Below, one piece after another: positions 51,695 to 61,669 of a DNA stretch of 64,000 nt. The stretch spans positions 52,903 to 116,902 of the forward strand of contig CALXXW010000013.1 of the NCBI GenBank assembly GCA_944392785.1, in the 5' to 3' direction. The notes beneath the pieces are model-generated. The model was given only the letters and a program-made list of their open reading frames with translations, was not told the DNA's origin and searched no databases. Made by a program: the position numbers and the translations under genes. Source of the stretch: an uncultured Alphaproteobacteria bacterium (GTDB taxonomy: Bacteria > Pseudomonadota > Alphaproteobacteria > CAAHEQ01 > UBA3637). The first letter of the stretch is position 1. Every line of letters starts with the position of its first letter.

Positions 51695-54600
51695 TTACTC
51701 AGCAGCAATTTCTGCTAACTTTTTCATGATTTTCTCAATACCTTGCAACCGATCCTCTACTTTACCCCAGGGGCGTATAATCAACAATTTTTGATCCGGA
51801 CGTATCCGAATACTTCCCATTTGTGATGAAATATAGCTGATTAAACCGGCCGGATTCGGAAATGTGTTGTTATGAAAACTGATACTGGCACCTTTTGTTC
51901 CGGCATCTAACTTTTCAATATTCACCTGTTTGGCCAATAGTTTCAAATGAATCGTAATCAAAAGATTATCCACCTCTTTGGGATACGGTCCAAAACGATC
52001 AACCAACTCAGCTCGCAAAGAATCTATCTCCTCAGTGTTTTTAATATCACTAATTCGATGATAGAGAGCCATTCTAATATCTAAATCTTTAATGTAAGTA
52101 TCTGGAATAAGAACCTGTAATCCTATAGAAATTTGTGGAGAGTAATCTTCGTCTTTTACGGATTTCTCTCTTTGTCCGATCGTTTCTGAACGACGAGCAA
52201 AAATCGCCTCCGATAGCATCTTTTGATACAAAGCAACACCGACCTCTTTAATATGACCGGACTGATCATCTCCCAGTAAATTACCAGCACCACGAATATC
52301 TAAATCATGACTTGCCAATAAAAAGCCGGCACCAAGACTATCCAAGCTTTGCATAACATTGAGCCTTTTTTGAGCTCCCTCACCCAAACGTTGACAAGGA
52401 GGTGTGGTTAAATACGCATAAGCTCTTAATTTACCGCGCCCCACGCGACCACGTAATTGATACAATGCGGCTAAACCGAACATATCTGCTCGATAAACGA
52501 TCATTGTATTAACAGCCGGCATATCCAATCCGGATTCAATAATGCTGGTTGCAACCAAAACATCATATTTTCGATCGGCAAAAGCTGTCATGATTTGCTC
52601 CAATTTTGCCGGAGACATTTGTCCGTGCGCCTCGACCACCCGAGCATCCGGAACAATTTCCTTCAATATATCAACAACTTCAGACATATCCGAAATGCGC
52701 GGACAAACGAAAAAAACTTGTCCCCCGCGAAACTGCTCTCGTAAAATGGCCTCTTTGACAATAACGGCATCAAATGGCATAACGAATGTCTTAACGGCCA
52801 GACGATCTATCGGCGGTGTAGCGATGATTGACAACTCACGCACTCCGGATAAAGATAACTGAAGAGTTCGTGGGATAGGGGTTGCACTCAACGTTAATAC
52901 GTGAACACCGGCTTTCAGCTCTTTTAACCGCTCTTTATGAGCCACACCAAAATGTTGTTCCTCATCAATAATGACAAGACCCAAATTGTTAAATTGAATA
53001 CCCTTGGATAATAAGGCATGTGTTCCAATCACAATATCCAGCGTGCCCTTTTGCAACTCTTGCCGCACCAACCCTGCCTCTTGTACTGAGACAAGACGAG
53101 ATAAACTTCCAATACGGATAGGGAATCCTTGAAAACGTTCGCGAAAATTCTGCGTATGTTGTCGTGCCAATAATGTTGTCGGAACAACGACAGAAACCTG
53201 ATACCCCGACATAACGGCCAAAAAAGCGGCTCGCATAGCTATTTCTGTCTTACCAAAACCAACATCTCCGCAAACCAATCGATCCATGGGACGGCCGGAA
53301 GCAAAATCAGTTTCTATTTCTTGAATGGTCCTTAATTGATCTTCTGTTTCAGCATAAGGAAATCTGGCACAAAATTCTTGATATAAACCGTGAGGTGCTA
53401 AAATTTTATCCATATGATTCACAGCGCGCGCAGAAGCAATTTCAATTAATTTCCCTGCCATTTCGAATAAATCCTTTTTAACGCGCTCTTTTCTGTTCTT
53501 GAACTGTGATGAGCCCAAACGATCCAGAGTTGCACCTTCGGCGCTTCCATAGCGAGATAAAATATCGGCATTCTCAACCGGTACGAACAAGCGATCTTCA
53601 CCTTCATAAACAAGGCATAAGCAATCATGTGCAGCGCCTCCGATTTGCAGAGTTCTCAATCCTTCGAAACGCCCTATCCCATGTGTTTGATGCACAACCA
53701 AATCCCCGACATTCAACGTTGAAAGATCTTCAATAAAGCGGTCTTTTTTACGTTTTTTGGGTGTCCGCAAAATACGTTCTCCGAACAAATCTGTTTCGGT
53801 AATGATAATAAAATCCTTGCCCGAAAAGCCTTTCTCAAACGGAGCAATCAATAAACTGGGAGCTTTTTTTAAAGCTTCTGTCCATGTCTCAGCATCAGAC
53901 AATAACGTTTGCTGTTCACGCAACAATCCCCTCAATCGTTCCACCGATCCTGCCGTTGCTGCTGTCACAATAACCCGACGTGTCTCCGTCCGTATAAACC
54001 GAGATAACGCTGCCATTACATCTTGACGCTCCAGCAATCGCACATCAACAAAATCTTTTCCGGCGCGCCCTCCCATATCCGGTGTATTGGGCTCCAGAAA
54101 AGGTGATAACAAATATGTTTGACGGGGCGCCAGCTGTTCTTCTAGCTCTTTGGGCGACAGAAAGAATAACTCTGGCGGGATTGGATGATAAGGGGCATTT
54201 GTTTGAAGGTTATTTAGCAAGGCCTGTTTGCGTGCATCATAATAATCCATAATTTGCTCAAAGCGAGAGGAAACGGCATCTGAGACCTTAAAATCCAACG
54301 TCACCGCAACGTCAGGCGCATAGTCTAACAGAGTTGCCATCTTATCATAGAAGAGTGGTAAAAAGTGTTCAAGCCCCTGCACATAGCGCCCGGATGACAC
54401 ACTTTCGTAAAATATATCTTCCTGAGAACGATCAAACAGCGTTCGATAAGCCGTTCTAAAACGTGAAATACTGTCCGGGGTCAATGAAAATTCTGCCATC
54501 GGCATTAGAAAAAGCCGCTCTAATCGACTTGTTGTGCGTTGCGTTAAGGCATCGAAAAAACGTAAAGAATCAATCTCATCTCCGAAAAAATCCAAGCGCA

Positions 54601-55117
54601 CCGGATTGTCAAAACCGGCCGGAAATATATCTATGATACCACCGCGAATAGCATACTCACCATTTTCCAAAACCGTATCTGTCTGATGATAACCATTGCT
54701 GATAAGAAAAGCTTTCAATGTATCAAAAGAAAGAGCCTCTCCTTCAGCTATCGAAAGCGAGCGATTTTTAAAAAACGCCATCGGAGGAATTCGCTGCATC
54801 AAAGCGGGAATAGTGGCCAAAAGCAGAAACTCTTTCCCCTGCTCTTTCAACTGTAATAACCTCATCAGTGTTTCGATGCGCGTTCCAACGATATCTGACT
54901 TCGGAGCAGAACGATCGTATGGAACGGTATCCCAAGCCGGAAAAATCAAAACAGTTGCATGAGGCGCGACAAGGCGCAACGCCTCTGCTAAAAAAGCCAT
55001 TTGAGTATCATCTGGGACCAGATGAATCAACTGTTTTTTTGTCTTTTGCATCTGTGCCAGCACAAAGGCATCATATCCCTGCACTACACCACTTAATCGT
55101 TTCGCCGATGCAAACAC
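51695..55117 (-). CDS. mfd: Transcription-repair coupling factor
   Basis: RGGIIDIF, VVH..HGIG.F, CGDVGFGKTE, DEEQHFGV, QLRGRVGR, DLDIRGAGNLLG motifs. Confidence 0.98.
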   Translation of the reverse strand: MFASAKRLSGVVQGYDAFVLAQMQKTKKQLIHLVPDDTQMAFLAEALRLVAPHATVLIFPAWDTVPYDRSAPKSDIVGTRIETLMRLLQLKEQGKEFLLLATIPALMQRIPPMAFFKNRSLSIAEGEALSFDTLKAFLISNGYHQTDTVLENGEYAIRGGIIDIFPAGFDNPVRLDFFGDEIDSLRFFDALTQRTTSRLERLFLMPMAEFSLTPDSISRFRTAYRTLFDRSQEDIFYESVSSGRYVQGLEHFLPLFYDKMATLLDYAPDVAVTLDFKVSDAVSSRFEQIMDYYDARKQALLNNLQTNAPYHPIPPELFFLSPKELEEQLAPRQTYLLSPFLEPNTPDMGGRAGKDFVDVRLLERQDVMAALSRFIRTETRRVIVTAATAGSVERLRGLLREQQTLLSDAETWTEALKKAPSLLIAPFEKGFSGKDFIIITETDLFGERILRTPKKRKKDRFIEDLSTLNVGDLVVHQTHGIGRFEGLRTLQIGGAAHDCLCLVYEGEDRLFVPVENADILSRYGSAEGATLDRLGSSQFKNRKERVKKDLFEMAGKLIEIASARAVNHMDKILAPHGLYQEFCARFPYAETEDQLRTIQEIETDFASGRPMDRLVCGDVGFGKTEIAMRAAFLAVMSGYQVSVVVPTTLLARQHTQNFRERFQGFPIRIGSLSRLVSVQEAGLVRQELQKGTLDIVIGTHALLSKGIQFNNLGLVIIDEEQHFGVAHKERLKELKAGVHVLTLSATPIPRTLQLSLSGVRELSIIATPPIDRLAVKTFVMPFDAVIVKEAILREQFRGGQVFFVCPRISDMSEVVDILKEIVPDARVVEAHGQMSPAKLEQIMTAFADRKYDVLVATSIIESGLDMPAVNTMIVYRADMFGLAALYQLRGRVGRGKLRAYAYLTTPPCQRLGEGAQKRLNVMQSLDSLGAGFLLASHDLDIRGAGNLLGDDQSGHIKEVGVALYQKMLSEAIFARRSETIGQREKSVKDEDYSPQISIGLQVLIPDTYIKDLDIRMALYHRISDIKNTEEIDSLRAELVDRFGPYPKEVDNLLITIHLKLLAKQVNIEKLDAGTKGASISFHNNTFPNPAGLISYISSQMGSIRIRPDQKLLIIRPWGKVEDRLQGIEKIMKKLAEIAAE

Positions 55118-55129
55118 CTTGATACCTTT

Positions 55130-56497
55130 TTAAAAGAATGAAAACCCGACAGAGAACAGTCCCTCAACCTCTGAGGCATGTCCACGATCTGCAAAAATGA
55201 AAACGATATCTTTTTCTTGCACAATTAGATCTTTATTAGGCAACATAAATAAATCACCCCGCAAAACACCGGCTATTAAAACGCCTTTCGGAACAGAAAT
55301 TTTACCCAAAGCCATCTTTGTAATTTTAGAAGTAGCCAATGCTTCCATCTCCAAAATCTCACCAATACCTGATTGAATAAAATAATCATTTTTAACACGC
55401 CCTTTCCGCAAATACTGCAAAATAGAAGAGACAATAATAGCATTCGGGTTTACCGTTGCATCAATACCCAATCCCGACAATAAATTATCATATAGCGGAT
55501 TATGTAGCAAAGCACATGTACGTTCTATACCGCTTCGTTTAGACATTAAAGATAACAAGATATTGCTTTCATCTGTCTCTGTCATGGCGATACCCATTTG
55601 ATAGTTTTTCAGGTTCAGCTCATCCACCAACGTGTCATCCAAAGCATCTCCGTTAATCACCAAGGCAGAGGAAAGTTTTTCCGCCAAAAAGCGGGCCCGT
55701 TCTTCATGACGCTCAATAACGGTTATATCATGAGAGGTTGAATCTTCTTCCAACAATTTAGCCAACTGAAAACCAATCCTGCCCCCTCCGTAAATAACAA
55801 TATATCTGGGAGAGGAAACCTGATATCCGAATATATCCAGCGCTTGTGTCAAATGCGCAGCATCAACGATAAAATATACCTCATCTCCCGATTTGATGGT
55901 GACCTCTGACAGAGGAATCGTTTGGAAGCGGCGCTTTACAGCGACAACCATCAAGGATAAATCAGCCGTCATGGATCGAATATCGGCGACTGTTTTTCCC
56001 GCTAAAGGGGACGTCTTTTTACATTTTAATCCGACAAAACGTACCAATCCGCCGCCCATACTGACGACATCCAAAGCTCCGGCTATGGGCAATCGTTCCA
56101 CAATACGATTAGCTGTTTCTACTTCCGGAGACAGCACGCCGTCAATAGCTAATGACTGTAAAAAAGATTTATACTTTCCTGACATATACTCGGAGGAAGC
56201 AATACGTGCAATCCGTTGCGGGATATTAAAAATGGTTTTTGCCAACCCGCAAGAGACAATATTCGTTTCATCATTTCCTGTCACGGCTAAAAAAACATCA
56301 GCGTGTTCTGCCCCGGCCCGCTCTAATGTCGAAGGCAAAGCCGATGACCCCTCAATCAGCTGGATATCCAATTGTTCTGCAACGGCCTTTAGTTTTTCTC
56401 CTTCGCGGTCAATCATGATAATTTCATTATTTTCAGCACGCAAATACCGCGCCAAAGAAATACCCACTTCACCACCGCCAGCAATAATAATTTTCAT
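55130..56497 (-). CDS. trkA: Trk system potassium uptake protein TrkA
   Basis: Two RCK N-domains (GGGEVG, GGGRIG), AVT..DE.N; 455 aa. Confidence 0.93.
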   Translation of the reverse strand: MKIIIAGGGEVGISLARYLRAENNEIIMIDREGEKLKAVAEQLDIQLIEGSSALPSTLERAGAEHADVFLAVTGNDETNIVSCGLAKTIFNIPQRIARIASSEYMSGKYKSFLQSLAIDGVLSPEVETANRIVERLPIAGALDVVSMGGGLVRFVGLKCKKTSPLAGKTVADIRSMTADLSLMVVAVKRRFQTIPLSEVTIKSGDEVYFIVDAAHLTQALDIFGYQVSSPRYIVIYGGGRIGFQLAKLLEEDSTSHDITVIERHEERARFLAEKLSSALVINGDALDDTLVDELNLKNYQMGIAMTETDESNILLSLMSKRSGIERTCALLHNPLYDNLLSGLGIDATVNPNAIIVSSILQYLRKGRVKNDYFIQSGIGEILEMEALATSKITKMALGKISVPKGVLIAGVLRGDLFMLPNKDLIVQEKDIVFIFADRGHASEVEGLFSVGFSFF

Positions 56498-57417
56498 ATA
56501 TTCTCCTTAAAAAACGACTTGATTTTTCTTTGAACGGATATCATTTCCGTATCAGCATACACGCTTTGACAAAATTCTGCAACTCCTTTTTGTCCGCGAG
56601 CATACCAAGCAATATGCTTCCGTGCAATAAATAATCCCTTTCTGCCGTAATAACTTAATAACAGATCTAAATGTTGCAACACCAAATCAACCTTAGAAAA
56701 AAGCGGGGTCGTCCCAGTTTCAATTTCCGTCAACATCCAAGGACGTCCCAAAGCGCCTCGCCCAACCATGACACCTTCGGCCTGTGACGAGGATAGAGCC
56801 TTCTTTGCCGAAAGATGATCGACAATATCTCCATTAACAATAACGGGTATAGAAACGGACTCTTTAACACGTTGCACAATCCCCCAATCTGCTTGACCGG
56901 CGTAGCCCTCTTCTTTCGTGCGGGCATGTATTTCCAAACGCGAGGCTCCGGCTGATTCCAGCGTTTTGGCAAAATCAACAATGGATATATGCTCATTATC
57001 CCATCCCAGTCGCGTTTTGACAGACACCGGAACAGACACCCGAGAAGAAATCGCTTCTGTCAACTCCGCTGCCAAAAGCGGATTCCTCATCAAAGCGGCT
57101 CCGCTTCCGTTGGTAATCAATTTTTTCACGGGACAACCCATGTTGATATCCACACCTATCGCTCCGTTATCCACAGCAGCTTGAGCGGCTTCAATCAAAG
57201 CCTCCTTATTCACACCGACCAGTTGAACGACAATATTTTTTTCATCTTGAATAGACATCATTTTACGAGTTGTCGGATGATTTCGATGAAAACTTTCCAC
57301 ACCCATCATTTCGGTAAAAAGCACTTGATTTCCAAATAACCGCACCATATGTCGAAACGGCTTATCCGTGACACCGGCCATCGGCGCTAATAAAACCGGC
57401 TTAGGAAGGTGTGGCAT
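56494..57417 (-). CDS. dusB: tRNA-dihydrouridine synthase B
   Basis: LAPMAGVTD.PFR, DINMGCP, VK.RLGWD, NGDI, MVGRGA.GRPW, RKH..WY motifs. Confidence 0.95.
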   Translation of the reverse strand: MPHLPKPVLLAPMAGVTDKPFRHMVRLFGNQVLFTEMMGVESFHRNHPTTRKMMSIQDEKNIVVQLVGVNKEALIEAAQAAVDNGAIGVDINMGCPVKKLITNGSGAALMRNPLLAAELTEAISSRVSVPVSVKTRLGWDNEHISIVDFAKTLESAGASRLEIHARTKEEGYAGQADWGIVQRVKESVSIPVIVNGDIVDHLSAKKALSSSQAEGVMVGRGALGRPWMLTEIETGTTPLFSKVDLVLQHLDLLLSYYGRKGLFIARKHIAWYARGQKGVAEFCQSVYADTEMISVQRKIKSFFKENI

Positions 57418-57991
57418 CTGACCCCCCTTTTATTTTAGATTTCAGACGTACTAAATCTCCCGACACAGCCTCTAAATCCTTAGCCTTTGGGAACAGAATG
57501 CGCATCGCACGAGCCATCCAATCATAACTTTTTTGATACTCTTGACGCGCCTCATATAGCGCAGAAACTTTCAATTGAGCCGGCACATAATTATTCTGAG
57601 CCGCATACTCATACCAAAACAAGGCTTGATCCGGATCTGCCTCTCCCCAAGCGCTGTCCTGAGCATAAATAGCTCCCAAGCGCATAGCTGCCTCATCATG
57701 GTGATTTTGAGCCGCCAACTTATAGTAGCGCAGTGCTTGTTCCAAGTTCACGGCTATTCCTTGACCCTTTTCATAAGCCCGAGCGACAACGAACTGACTT
57801 TTAGGATCCCCATATTCTGCCAACTTGAAATACCACATCATATTCCAGTATGCCGCATCTTCATCGGAACCCTTTTCTTCCAGGGGTAAATTCCGCATAA
57901 ACGGCATATCCGGTGTCGAAGAAATTTGAGCCCGCCCCTGAAACGCAAAAATAACACACAGGCTGATAAAAATAACTTTTTTTTTCAACAT
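57401..57991 (-). CDS. Sel1-like repeat protein with signal peptide
   Basis: AE.GD..SQ......YE.G.G, A..YY.LAA, A..WY..AA....AQ repeats. Confidence 0.85.
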   Translation of the reverse strand: MLKKKVIFISLCVIFAFQGRAQISSTPDMPFMRNLPLEEKGSDEDAAYWNMMWYFKLAEYGDPKSQFVVARAYEKGQGIAVNLEQALRYYKLAAQNHHDEAAMRLGAIYAQDSAWGEADPDQALFWYEYAAQNNYVPAQLKVSALYEARQEYQKSYDWMARAMRILFPKAKDLEAVSGDLVRLKSKIKGGSDATPS

Positions 57992-58034
57992 AAATATGAT
58001 ATAGCATGTTTCATAAAAAAAAGGAAGTGTAAAT

Positions 58035-59375
58035 ATGAAGAAAGTGACAATTATTGGGGCTGGATTGGCCGGAAGTGAAGCTGCTTATCAGCTTTTAAAA
58101 CGCGGTTGGCATGTCCACTTAATCGAAATGCGTCCCATCAAATCAACACCGGCACATACAACGGACTTATTCGGCGAGCTGGTTTGTTCCAATTCGCTGC
58201 GTTCTGATGATGCCACAACAAACGCTGTCGGCTTAATGCATCAAGAAATGCGCGACTGTGATTCTTTAATTATGGCTTGTGCCGATGCAACATCCGTTCC
58301 TGCGGGAGGAGCTCTAGCCGTTAATCGACAAGATTTTTCGAAAATGATTACCTGCCGCCTTAAATCTTTTCCCAATCTTACCGTTGATATCAAGGAAACG
58401 GATATACCGTTGGATACGACCGAACCTGTTATTGTGGCGAGCGGCCCTCTGTCCGCCGGTAAAATAGCCCAACAACTTCAAGATTTTTCCGGAACAGAAG
58501 CCCTTCATTTTTTCGATGCGATTGCCCCCATTGTTTACACAGACAGCGTGGATATGACGCAGGCTTGGTATCAGTCTCGTTATGATAAAGGGGATGGAAC
58601 CGATTATCTGAATTGTCCGCTATCAAAGGAAGAATACAACATATTTGTGGACGCTCTTTTATCGGGCGAAAAAGTTGCCTTTCACGACTGGGAAGAAAAT
58701 ACACCTTACTTTGAAGGCTGCTTACCTGTTGAAGTGATGGCCGAACGAGGTCGTCAAACTCTCTTATTCGGTCCGATGAAACCGGTCGGGCTTTCAAACC
58801 CACACGAGGAAGGGCGCCGTCCTTTTGCCGTTGTCCAACTCAGAAAAGAAAACAAAGCCGGAACATTGATGAATTTGGTTGGTTTTCAAACAAAATTGAC
58901 GTATCGTGCTCAAAAAGAAGTTTGGCGTCTTATTCCAGCCTTAAAATCAGCGGAATTTGCTCGTTTTGGTGGCATCCATCGCAATACCTTTGTTTGTGGT
59001 CCGAAAGTATTGGATAAGCGTCTCTCTTTAAAAGGGAAACCTCTTATTAAATTGGCGGGACAAATCACCGGCTGCGAAGGGTATATTGAAAGTGCTTCCA
59101 TTGGACTTTTAGCTGGTCTTTTCACGGCATTGCCAAATTTGCCCCTGCCACCTCGAGAAACGGCTTTGGGCAGTATGCTGTCACATATTACGGAAGAAGC
59201 GAACGTGGATACCTTTCAACCCATGAATATCAACTTTGGTCTTTTCCCGGACATAAATAGCGTTGATGAACAAGGAAGAAAAATCAAGGGAGCAGATCGT
59301 AAGAAACGATATACGGAAAAAGCCCGAAAAGCCTTGGAAAGCTGGCTCCCGGCTATTTCCATGCCATCACTATAG
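58035..59375 (+). CDS. trmFO: Folate/FAD-dependent tRNA m5U54 methyltransferase
   Basis: GAGLAGSEAA, ELVCSNSL, FEGCLPVE, GPMKPVGL, GQITG.EGY.ES, QPMNINFGL motifs. Confidence 0.97.
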   Translation: MKKVTIIGAGLAGSEAAYQLLKRGWHVHLIEMRPIKSTPAHTTDLFGELVCSNSLRSDDATTNAVGLMHQEMRDCDSLIMACADATSVPAGGALAVNRQDFSKMITCRLKSFPNLTVDIKETDIPLDTTEPVIVASGPLSAGKIAQQLQDFSGTEALHFFDAIAPIVYTDSVDMTQAWYQSRYDKGDGTDYLNCPLSKEEYNIFVDALLSGEKVAFHDWEENTPYFEGCLPVEVMAERGRQTLLFGPMKPVGLSNPHEEGRRPFAVVQLRKENKAGTLMNLVGFQTKLTYRAQKEVWRLIPALKSAEFARFGGIHRNTFVCGPKVLDKRLSLKGKPLIKLAGQITGCEGYIESASIGLLAGLFTALPNLPLPPRETALGSMLSHITEEANVDTFQPMNINFGLFPDINSVDEQGRKIKGADRKKRYTEKARKALESWLPAISMPSL

Positions 59376-60510
59376 CCTTTGTTTTGGCTGCGATTTTAGA
59401 TTGAGGAAAACTGGCAACCCATCCTTTGGCATAATTTTGCGCCAATTGACGTGTCTTCTTATCCTTTACGGCTTGTTTCAAGCACTTGGCGATACGGGCA
59501 TCCATGCCTCTGATTTTACCGCCCAGGGACAAGATATTAAAATATATACCCAAAGCCTCTATAACTTCTCCAATCTGCTCTAAAATCAAGGCTAAATTAT
59601 ACAGAACATCAACCTGATGCGGATACTTCATTAAAATAACGCGATAATGCTCCAGCGCTTCCGTTAAACGCCCCTGCTTCACCAATAAGGCGGCTAGATT
59701 TTGATAGGCATCTAAAAGCGTATTGTCTTGCTGCAAAGCACGCTTATAATACTCCTCGGCCCAAGTGGTATGGCCTTGCTTGGCGTAGATATTAGCCTCA
59801 TTCATCATTGCAACAGCATTATAGGGGTTCATCTCGCGTGCTTGTTGATAAGCCGCCAAGGCATCCTCTAAACGCCCCATTGATTCCAAAACAACACCTT
59901 TTTGAATCCAATAAATATCCAGATTATCCCGCTCCAAAGCCTGTGTAATTTCTGTCAGAGCCCGTTCATATTTTTTTTCGCTCGCATCAATAAGAGACAA
60001 CTGGTAAAATGTATTTCCCACAAGAGGAGCCTGTTCTAACAAGGCTTTTGCCTCTTTTAACTTGCCTTCCTGTCTGGCCAAAGTCGCCAAACCTAAAACA
60101 GCCTCTGAAACACCGGCATTTTTTGCCTGTAAAAACAACTCTCTGGCTTTCTCCTTTTGTTCCATAGCCATGTAGATATAGGCGCTCTGCAACGTTGCTT
60201 CGGGAATGTTTGTGTGACGTTCATAAATGTCTAATGCCTCTTGATACCTTTGAGAAGTTGTCAACACACCTGCCAACGCCATGTGATATCTAAGAATATC
60301 TGGATATAGCTTAACAGCCTGATAAAGCAGTTCTTCTGCGGGAGACAAGGCCCCTGCTCGATAAGCAATCAATCCCAACAAAAACAAAGCGTCTCCATGT
60401 TGAGGCGAGAAGCTCAAGACATCTCGCGCCAATGTTTCCGCTGTATTCATATCGCCTTTATTATAAGCAGAAAAAGCCTGATCCAATAGCATATCCCTTT
60501 GATCATTCAT
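59353..60510 (-). CDS. Tetratricopeptide repeat protein
   Basis: Multiple TPR-like units (AL..LG, G....A...Y..A....P). Confidence 0.85.
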   Translation of the reverse strand: MNDQRDMLLDQAFSAYNKGDMNTAETLARDVLSFSPQHGDALFLLGLIAYRAGALSPAEELLYQAVKLYPDILRYHMALAGVLTTSQRYQEALDIYERHTNIPEATLQSAYIYMAMEQKEKARELFLQAKNAGVSEAVLGLATLARQEGKLKEAKALLEQAPLVGNTFYQLSLIDASEKKYERALTEITQALERDNLDIYWIQKGVVLESMGRLEDALAAYQQAREMNPYNAVAMMNEANIYAKQGHTTWAEEYYKRALQQDNTLLDAYQNLAALLVKQGRLTEALEHYRVILMKYPHQVDVLYNLALILEQIGEVIEALGIYFNILSLGGKIRGMDARIAKCLKQAVKDKKTRQLAQNYAKGWVASFPQSKIAAKTKAIVMAWK

Positions 60511-61669
60511 CGTCTATAGACCCCCTCCGTCCAATGACCATTTCTTGATTGATATGCACACACTCTATCAGCCCAAAAGAAATGCACAATGTCATCATGG
60601 CTGTCCCTCCATAAGACATGAGCGGTAAAGGTATACCGACAACCGGCATTAACCCCATAACCATTGACATGTTCATAAAAACATACAATGAAAAATTGAT
60701 GGTCAAGCCCATTGCTAATAATTTACCAAAAAAATTATTGCATTTCAGAGCAATCACAAACCCGTATGCAATAATAACAGCATACAAAAAGAATAAAGCA
60801 AAAGCTCCGAAAAGACCAAATTCTTCGGCTAAGACGGTAAAAATAAAATCCGTTTGTTTTTCGGGAATAAAATTCAACCGACTTTGCGTTCCCTGCATGA
60901 ATCCTTTACCCCATAAACCGCCCGATCCCAGGGTAATTTTAGATTGAGCAATGTGATAACCGGCACCCAAAGGATCACTTTCAGGATTTAAAAACGTTAA
61001 CACGCGCCGCTGTTGATACGTATGCAAACAAGACCAAATAATAGGCAGTGAAATGAGCGTCAATATAAACGCAGTACAAAATTTCCAGATCTGAACACCA
61101 ACCAAAAAGAACAAGGCTCCTCCAGCAAACACAAGCATTAATGCCGTACCAAGATCCGGTTGTTCCAAGATAAAAGCCACGGGAATAATGATCATCAAAG
61201 CCGGCGGAATCATGAAACGCCACGATCGTATTTCCTCCAAACTGGCTCCGTGAAAATAACGCGCAAGCGCCAAAACCAGAGCTATTTTCATAATTTCAGA
61301 GGGTTGCAGATGAAAAAGACCTAAGTCCAACCAACGTTGGGCTCCCATGCCGACGTGTCCCACAATTGAGACCGCTATCAATAACAGCAAAGCAATACCA
61401 TAAACAACATAAGCATATTTCATCCATAACCGTAAATTGGTCAGAGCAATCAGATATAAAAAAATCAGGCTTACAAAAAAGCGCACCAACTGCTTACTGG
61501 CCCAGGGATCGAAATTACCCTGAGCAACCGAATACAAAATACCGATTCCCATAAACACAACCAATGTGATAAAGAAAAGATAACCATAATTAAAACGCTT
61601 TATTTTTTCCAAAAGCGGTAAATTGTAATCCCTTAAATAACAGTTGCGGTCTTTAAAAAAGCTCATCAT
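60503..61669 (-). CDS. rodA: Rod shape-determining protein RodA
   Basis: GAQRW, QPSE.MK, QPDLGT, GYH..QS.I..GSGG, PEKQTDFIF, SYGG motifs. Confidence 0.97.
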   Translation of the reverse strand: MMSFFKDRNCYLRDYNLPLLEKIKRFNYGYLFFITLVVFMGIGILYSVAQGNFDPWASKQLVRFFVSLIFLYLIALTNLRLWMKYAYVVYGIALLLLIAVSIVGHVGMGAQRWLDLGLFHLQPSEIMKIALVLALARYFHGASLEEIRSWRFMIPPALMIIIPVAFILEQPDLGTALMLVFAGGALFFLVGVQIWKFCTAFILTLISLPIIWSCLHTYQQRRVLTFLNPESDPLGAGYHIAQSKITLGSGGLWGKGFMQGTQSRLNFIPEKQTDFIFTVLAEEFGLFGAFALFFLYAVIIAYGFVIALKCNNFFGKLLAMGLTINFSLYVFMNMSMVMGLMPVVGIPLPLMSYGGTAMMTLCISFGLIECVHINQEMVIGRRGSIDDE

